A stretch of DNA of 64,000 nt from Pristiophorus japonicus (Eukaryota), in the NCBI RefSeq assembly GCF_044704955.1, contig NC_091995.1:8494001-8558000 (forward strand), in the 5' to 3' direction. The notes beneath the pieces are model-generated. The model ran no database searches and was not told the DNA's origin. It was given only the letters and a program-made list of their open reading frames with translations. The position numbers and the translations under genes are program-made. Position 1 is the stretch's first letter; every line of letters starts with the position of its first letter. Shown in pieces: positions 38,701 to 47,700 of this stretch.

Positions 38701-41700
38701 CAAAATACTGCGGTACAGAGGGATCTGGGGTCCTTGCACATGAAATACAAAAAGTTAGCATGCAGGTACAGCAAGTAATTAGGAAGGCAAATGGAATGTT
38801 GGCCTTGAGGCTCGGATGCAGAAGGTGCAGTCACGTGTGACTGTTCAACCAATCAGGTACAGTATTCTCAATAGCAATGAGAACTCTATATCTATGAGTT
38901 CTCGTTGCTATTAATTGAGAAAAAAACAAACACAATAACACCAATTAAAAAATAAAAAACACACCTCACATAATTAAAATTAATTGAAATTAAAGTTAAT
39001 AAATATCTTGGAGAAAAAAAATATTTCCGAGTTTTTACAAAGTTTTTTTAATTATGGTTCAAAATAAATTTAACGTAGTGGACAGGGTTTCTAAAAATAA
39101 AATGTGTATTTTTAATTTAATTTTTTCTGTTTTAAGTGTGTTTTAAGACTCTTACACCTGTAACAATAGGCTGTACGCCTGCTTTTATCCGGCGCAAGAG
39201 TTTTGAGGACATTTGCCGGGCAAGATATGGGTAAATACCGCAATCTTGCTCTTGCAAATGTCCTCGCTCCCGAGATGTGGAGGATCTGTCAAGCTGGAGC
39301 TTGGCGGATCGGAAAAGCCGGTTTTCAGCGCATGCGCATTGTGTGCTGAAAACTGGGTTTTCCGGTATTTTTCCGGGTCCGTAGAAACTCCGTACGGACC
39401 CGGGGAGGCCGGAATGTCTGGGCCATTGAGAGGGCTGGACAAGTTGGATGCAGAGAGGATATTTCCACTCATAGGGGAGACTAGTCTCAGATTAAGGGGT
39501 CGCCCATTTAAAACTAAGATGAGGAGGAATTTCTTCTGAGGGTTGTAAATCTGTGGAATTCTCTGCCCCAGAGAGCTGTGGAGGCTGGGTCATTGAATAT
39601 ATTTAAGGTGGAGATAGACAGATTTTTGAGCATTAAGGGAATAAAGTGTTATGGGGAGCGGGCAGGGAAGTGGAACTGAGTCCAGGATCAGATCAGCCAT
39701 GATCTTATTAAATGGCGGAGCAGGCTCGAGGGGCCAAATGACCGACTGCTAGTCCTATTTCTTATGTTCTTATGCTGACTGAGTTTCGTTTCTGCATGCT
39801 CTCGGCGACAAGACTTGAGGTGCTCCGCGCCCTCCCGGAGCCTCTTCCTCCACTGAGGGCAGTCTTGGGCCAATGACTCTCCAGTGTCAGTGGGGATGTT
39901 GCACTTTATCAAGGAGGCTTTGAGGGTGTCCTTGAAACGTTTCCTCTGCCCAGCTGCGGCTCGCTTGCCATGTAGGAGTTCCGAGTAGAGCGCTTGCTTT
40001 GGGAGTCTCATGTCAGGCATGCGAACAATGTGGCCTGCCCAGTGGAGCTGGTCGAGTGTGGTCAATGCTTCGATGCTGGAGATGTTGGCCTGATCGAGAA
40101 CACTGACGTTGGTGCGTCTGTCCTCCCAGTGGATTTGCAGAATCTTGCGGAGACAGTGCTGGTGGTACTTCTCCAGCGATTTGAGGTGTCTACTGTATAT
40201 GGTCCATGTCTCTGAGCCATATAGGAGCTGTAGAATTTCTCACACTAACACATCCCTGTGTTCTTGATTTTCAGAACTACAGCTGTTTTGCACTTTAGAA
40301 GGTAAGCAATTTAAGAATCATTTCAGGGCTCTGATTTAATAACTGAATAAAAACATTAGTTTCATTGCATGGGAATCCAGGAATTTTGAAGATAGAGTTC
40401 TATAATCCCATTTATTTTCCTTGAAAAGCATACACCAATGGTCTTGACCATTTTACATTTCTGTGAACTTCACACCTTGTTTAGTTAGAACAACACCCTG
40501 CTGGTTGGTGCAATGTGTTAGGCATTTAACTTTCACCTCTGGGCTTGGGTGGAGTGTTGGGTTAGGCACTGACCTTTCATTTTTGAAACCCGTTGGTGCA
40601 TTGGATTAGACACTAAATATTGGACCATCAACTTTCCTTTGGTGTTTTTCTCCACATATGCCGCCTAGCTTACTCCAACTGTCCTTTCACCTTTGAGACT
40701 GGGGAGTGCAGTGGGTCAGATACTGTCCTTTCAGCTTTGGAACCCCATGGTGCAATGGGTTAGATACTGTCCTTTCCTTTTTGCTATCAGTATTTAATTA
40801 TTCTTTGCTTTCTGTTCTTGGAAACTACACTTCACGTGTGGGGGCAGAATACTGAGTGAAACACAATAATGGGGTAAAAATTGTGGTTGGAGGTTTCCCA
40901 CGAGCAGATGACTCTGACCTGCAAAAAATCTGCAAATTTACCTGGTGGTTCGTAGATTCACGCTCCTGAGCCTCTCCGGGTACCCACGAGTAGACGCCTG
41001 CATATCTCGAGATCACATGGGCTTACCCAACCAATAACAGAAGGGAATCCCCTCCCCATTCACACTGATGGGGTTTCCTTGTTCCGAACTCCCATAAGTG
41101 TGAATGGGGATCACTTAAAAATACACAAACACATGAAATAAGTTTTTAAACTCCTACACTGGTTAAAGCAGGTCTTGTGCCTACTTTTACCAGACGTATG
41201 AATTTCAAGGACAGTTGCTGGGCAGAATTTGGGCAAATAGCCCAACTCTCCGCCCTTAAATTCCCTTTACTTTTGGATTCGTACGATCTGGCGAGGATTC
41301 TTGACAGATCGCAAGTTGTGAGTTTCAGCGAATACGCAGTGAATGTCTAAACCTGGAACTTGTGGGGCCCCTACAAATTCAGCCCCATTGTTCCACATCA
41401 ATCAAATCTGTAAATGTATTTCATAATTACACCAGAAATGTTCTCTCACTTTATACTTCTCTGCTTATTTATTTCTTCACTGAGGGAGGGGATAGAGAAT
41501 TTTTTCTGATTGGTTAACCGCCAGAAGACAGCTTATCTTGAGCAGAACGGGACCCTCCCACCTAATTTCCTCTTCCTTCCCCAGTGACCCATTCAAAAAT
41601 AGAGATAGGCCTCTCACTGCAGCCACTATTTGACTGTCAGTCCAGGCTGCATGTTGTCACGGGGATCTGCTCTAAAACCAGCTAGAAACAGGTGAAAGTG

Positions 41701-44700
41701 ACAGCAGTATTATGGTTGGGTTGAGCTGTCAGGTTCTCAGCTCCCAACTTGTGATTGGAGCAGAGTTGGAATGTAATAATAGTGGGCTGATCACATGAGA
41801 TGTAAATGCTGTAAACCCTTCCCAATATTCCAGTCTCTGTGTTCAATCTGCAGCTCAGTCTTTTCATTGCATTGAATGGGATGATTATTTTGAGATGAAC
41901 AGAACATTTGATCTGTGTCGTTAATCGTTGGATTGTAACCCAGCATAGTGGTGCAGACTGAGTGAGGGAATTCCTTGTTCCTATTCTCAGTCTGTGAAGA
42001 TACAGCTCATAGTTTTAACTGGCAGTCAGCAAGAAGTGTAAGCTGTGAAATATTTTTGTTTCGACAGGATATGATGAAGTGGATATAGATTATGGTAAGT
42101 ACAGAACCATTATACAATTCAATACAACTGTCCCCATATTTATAATACAAATTGAAGAACAGTTCCTGAACACTTTACTGAAACAACTCATCAGAATACA
42201 TCTTCTGAACAAATATTTATTTTGTTCGAGCTGCTTTACTCCAGCTGATGTTTTTTCCAATCCCAACCCTGAGGGACTCCCTTCGCCACGACCCCGAGCG
42301 GCGCCCCCCGACCCCGAGGCACTCTCGTCCCCCCGACCCCGAGGCACTCTCGTCCCCCCGACCCCGAGGCACTCTCTTTTCCCCCCGACCCCAAGTGACA
42401 ATCTCTTCCCCCCCCTTACCCCTCCCCCCGACCTCGGGTGACTCCCTCCCCTTGACCCTGAGTGACTCTCTCTCCTCCCGGCCCCCAGTGACTCTCTCCC
42501 CCCCGACCCCCAGTGACTCCCTCCCCCCGACCTCCCCAGTGACTCTCTCCCCCCGACCCCGAGTGACTCCCTCCCCCGAACCCCAGTGACTCTCAGCCCC
42601 CCCGACCCCGAGTGTATCATCATCCGACACCCGGTGACCTCCCCCCCGATCCCGTGACTCTCGTCCCTCCCACCCCCGAGTGAATCATCGCCCCCCCCGA
42701 CTCCGAGTTACTCTCTCCCCCCGACCCCGAGGCACTCTCGTCCCCCCGACCCCGAGGCACTCTCTTTTCCCCCCGACCCCAAGTGACACTCTCTCCCCCG
42801 ACCCCGAGTGACTCCCTTCCCCCCCTTACCCCTCCCCCCGACCTCGGGTGACTCCCTCCCCTTGACCCTGAGTGATTCACTTCCCCCCGGCCCCCAGTGA
42901 CTCTCTCCCCGCCGGCCCCCAGTGACTCTGCCCCCGACCCCCAGTGACTCTGCCCCCGACCCCCAGTGACACTCTGCCCCCGACCCCCAGTGACACTCTG
43001 CCCCCGACCCCCAGTGACACTCTGCCCCCGACCCCCAGTGACACTCTGCCCCCGACCCCCAGTGACACTCTGCCCCCGACCCCCAGTGACTCTCTTCCCC
43101 CCCTGACCCCGAGCGACTCCCTCATCCCGACCCCGAGTGACTCTCTCCCCCCGACCCCTAGCGACTCTCTCCCCCCGACCCCGAGCGACTCTCCCCCCGA
43201 CCCCGAGCGACTCTCTCTCCCCCTACCCCGAGCGACTCCCTCCCCCCGACCCCGAGTGACTCCCTCCCCCCGACCCCCAGTGACTCTCTGCCCCCGACCC
43301 CCAGTGACTCTCAGACCCCCCGACCCCAAGCGACTCCTCCTCCGACACCCGGTGACCTCCCCCCGATTGCGTGACTCTCGTCCGCCCCACCCCCGAGTGA
43401 ATCATCGCCCCCCGACCCCGAGTGACTCCCTCCCCCCGACCCCCAGTTACTCTCTCCCCCCCGACCCCCAGTTACTCTCTCCCCCTGACCCCAAGTGAGT
43501 CTTTGCCCGCCATCCCGAGTGACCCTCTCTTCCGACCCCGAGTGACTCTCTCTCCCCGACCCCGAGTGACTCCCTCACCCCGACCCCCAGTGACTCCCTC
43601 TCCCCCGGACCCCCAGTGACTCCCTCTCCCCCGGACCCCCAGTGACTCCCTCTCCCCCGGACCCCCAGTGACTCCCTCTCCCCCGGACCCCCAGTGACTC
43701 TCTCCCCCCGACCCCCAGTGACTCTCTCACCCCCGACCCCCAGTGACTCTCTCCCCCCGACCCCCAGTGACTCTCTCCCCCCGACCCCCAGTGACTCTCT
43801 CACCCCCGACCCCCAGTGACTCTCTCCCCCCGACCCCCAGTGACTCTCTCCCCCCGACCCCCAGTGACTCTCTCCTCCCGACCCCCAGTGACTCTCTCCC
43901 CCCGACCCCCAGTGACTCTCTTCCCCCCGACCCCCAGTGACTCTCTCCCCCCGACCCCCAGTGACTCTCTCCCCCCGACCCCCAGTGACTCTCTCCTCCC
44001 GACCCCCAGTGACTCTCTCCCCCCGACCCCCAGTGACTCTCTCCCCCCGACCCCCAGTGACTCTCTCCTCCCGACCCCCAGTGACTCTCTGCCCCCGAGC
44101 CCCAGTGACTCTCTGCCCCCGACCCCCAGTGACTCTCTGCCCCCGACCCCCAGTGACTCTCTGCCCCCGACCCCCAGTGACTCTCTCCTCCCGACCCCCA
44201 GTGACTCTCTGCCCCCGACCCCCAGTGACTCTCTTCCCCGACCCCCAGTGACTCTCTTCCCCGACCCCCAGTGACTCTCAGCCCCCGACCCCCAGTGACT
44301 CTCTCCTCCCGACCCCCAGTGACTCTCTCCCCCCGACCCCCAGTGACTCTCTCCCCCGACCCCCAGTGACTCTCTCCTCCCGACCCCCAGTGACTCTCTG
44401 CCCCCGAGCCCCAGTGACTCTCTGCCCCCGACCCCCAGTGACTCTCTGCCCCCGACCCCCAGTGACTCTCTGCCCCCGACCCCCAGTGACTCTCAGCCCC
44501 CGACCCCCAGTGACTCTCTCCCCCCGACCCCCAGTGACTCTCTCCCCCCGACCCCCAGTGACTCTCTCCCCCCGACCCCCAGTGACTCTCTCCCCCCGAC
44601 CCCCAGTGACTCTCTCCCCCCGACCCCCAGTGACTCTCAGACCCCCCGACCCCGAGTGTATCTCTCCCCGGATCCCGAGCGACTCCTCCTCCGACACCCG

Positions 44701-47700
44701 GTGACCTCCCCCCGATTGCGTGACTCTCGTCCGCCCCACCCCCGAGTGAATCATCGCCCCCCAACCCCGAGTGACTCCCTCTCCTTGACCCTGAGTGATT
44801 CTCTCCCCCGACACCCAGTGACTCTCTCCCCCCGACCGAGTGACTCCCTCCCCCCGACCCCGAGTGACTCCCTCCCCCCGACCCCCAGTGACTCTCTCCC
44901 CCCGACCCCCAGTGACTCTCTCCCCGGATCCCGAGCGACTCCTCCTCTGACACCCAGTGACCTCCCCCCGATCCCGTGACTCTCGTCCCCCCCCAACCCC
45001 GAGTGAATCATCGCCCGCCGACTCCGAGTTACTCTCTGCCCCCGACCCCCAGTGAGTCTTTGCCCCGCCATCCCGAGTGACCCTCTCTTCCGACCCCGAG
45101 TGACTCTCTCTCCCCGACCCCGAGAGACTCCCTCCCCCCGACCCCGAGTGACTCCCTCCCCCCGACCCCGAGTGACTCCCTCCCCCCGACCCCGAGTGAC
45201 TCCCTCCCCCCGACCCCGAGTGACTCCCTCCCCCCGACCCCGGGTGACTCCCTCCCCCCGACCCCGGGTGACTCCCTCCCACCGACCCCGAGTGACTCCC
45301 TCCCCCCGACCCCGAGTGACTCCCTCCCCCCGACCCCGAGTGACTCCCTCCCCCCCGACCCCGGGTGACTCCCTCCCCCCAACCCCGAGTGACTCCCTCC
45401 CACCGACCCCGAGTGACTCCCTCCCCCCGACCCCGAGTGACTCCCTCCGCCCGACCCCGAGTGACTCCCTCCGCCCGACCCCGAGTGACTCCCTCCGCCC
45501 CGACCACGAGTGACTCCCTCCCCCCGACCCCGAGTGACTCCCTCCCCGCGACCCCGAGTGACTCCCTCCCCCGACCCCGAGTGACTCCCTCCCCCGACCC
45601 CGAGTGACTCCCTCCCCCCAGTGACTCTCTTCCCCACCCGACCCCCAGTGACTCTCTGCCCCCGACCCCCAGTGACTCTCTGCCCCCGACCCCCAGTGAC
45701 TCTCTGCCCCCGACCCCCAGTGACTCGCTCTCCCCGACCCCCAGTGACTCTCTGCCCCCGACCCCCAGTGACTCCCTCCCCCGACCCCGAGTGACTCCCT
45801 CCCCCCGACCCTGAGTGACTCCCTCCCCCCGACACTGAGTGACTCCCACCCCCCAGTGACTCTCTTCCCCCCCCGACCCCGTGACTCTCTGCCCCCGACC
45901 CCCAGTGACTCCCTCCCCCCGACCCCCAGTGACTCTCTCCCTCCCCCCGACCCCGAGTGACTCCCTCCCCCCGACCCCGAGTGACTCCCTCCCCCCGACC
46001 CCGGGTGACTCTCTCCCCCCGACCCCGAGCGACTCTCTCCCCCCGACCCCGAGCGACTCTCTCCCCCCGACCCCGAGCGACTCTCTCCCCCCCGACCCCG
46101 AGCGACTCTCTCCCCCCGACCCCGAGCGACTCTCTCCCCCCGACCCCGAGCGACTCTCTCCCCCCGACCCCGAGCGACTCTCTCCCCCCGACCCCGAGTG
46201 ACTCCTCCTCCGACACCCGGTGACCTCCCCCCGATCCCGTGACTTTCGTCCCCCCCACCCCCGAGTGAATCATCGCCACCCGACCCCGAGTGACTCCCTC
46301 CCCCCGACCCCCAGTTACTCTCTCCCCCTGACCCCAAGTGAGTCTTTGCCCGCCATCCCGAGTGACTTCCTCACCCCGACCCCGAGTGACTTCCTCACCC
46401 CGACCCCGAGTGACTTCCTCACCCCGACCCCGAGTGACTCCCTCACCCCGACCCCGAGTGACTCCCTCCCCCCGAACCCCCCAGTGACTCTCTCCCCCCG
46501 ACCCCCAGTGACTCTCTCCCCCCGACCCCCAGTGACTCTCTCCCCCCGACCCCCAGTGACTCTCTCCCCCCGACCCCCAGTGACTCTCTCCCCCCGACCC
46601 CCAGTGACTCTCTCCCCCCGACCCCCAGTGACTCTCTACCCCCGACCCCCAGTGACTCTCTACCCCCGACCCCCAGTGACTCTCTCCCCTCGACCCCCAG
46701 TGACTCTTTCTCCCCGACCCCCAGTGACTCCCTCACCCCGACCCCCAGTGACTCCCTCACCCCGACCCCCAGTAACTCTCTACCCCCGACCCCGAGTGAC
46801 TCCCTCCCCCCGACCCTGAGTGACTCCCTCCCCCCAGTGACTCTCTTCCCCCCCCGACCCCCAGTGACTCTCTGCCCCCGACCCCCAGTGACTCTCTGCC
46901 CCCGACCCCCAGTGACTCTCTGCCCCCGACCCCCAGTGACTCTCTACCCCCGACCCCCAGTGACTCTCTCCCCTCGACCCTGAGTGACTCCCTCCCCCCG
47001 ACCCTGAGTGACTCCCTCCCCCCAGTGACTCTCTTCCCCCCCGACCCCCAGTGACTCTCTGCCCCCGACCCCCAGTGACTCTCTACCCCCGACCCCCAGT
47101 GACTCTCTCCCCCCGACCCTGAGTGACTCCCTCCCCCCGACCCTGAGTGACTCCCTCCCCCCGACCCTGAGTGACTCCCTCCCCCCAGTGACTCTCTTCC
47201 CCCCCGACCCCCAGTGACTCTCTGCCCCCGACCCCCAGTGACTCTCTTCCCCCCCGACCCCCAGTGACTCTCTTCCCCCCCGACCCCCAGTGACTCTCTG
47301 CCCCCGACCCCCAGTGACTCTCTGCCCCCGACCCCCAGTGACTCTCTGCCCCCGACCCCCAGTGACTCTCTGCCCCCGACCCCCAGTGACTCTCTGCCCC
47401 CGACCCCCAGTGACTCTCTGCCCCCGACCCCCAGTGACTCTCTCCCCTCGACCCTGAGTGACTCTCTCTGCCCCCGACCCCGTGACTCTCTGCCCCCGAC
47501 CCCCAGTGACTCTCTGCCCCCGACCCCCAGTGACTCTCTGCCCCCGACCCCCAGTGACTCTCTCCCCTCGACCCTGAGTGACTCCCTCCCCCCGACCCTG
47601 AGTGACTCCCTCCCCCCAGTGACTCTCTTCCCCCCCGACCCCCAGTGACTCTCTGCCCCCGACCCCCAGTGACTCTCTGCCCCCGACCCCCAGTGACTCT

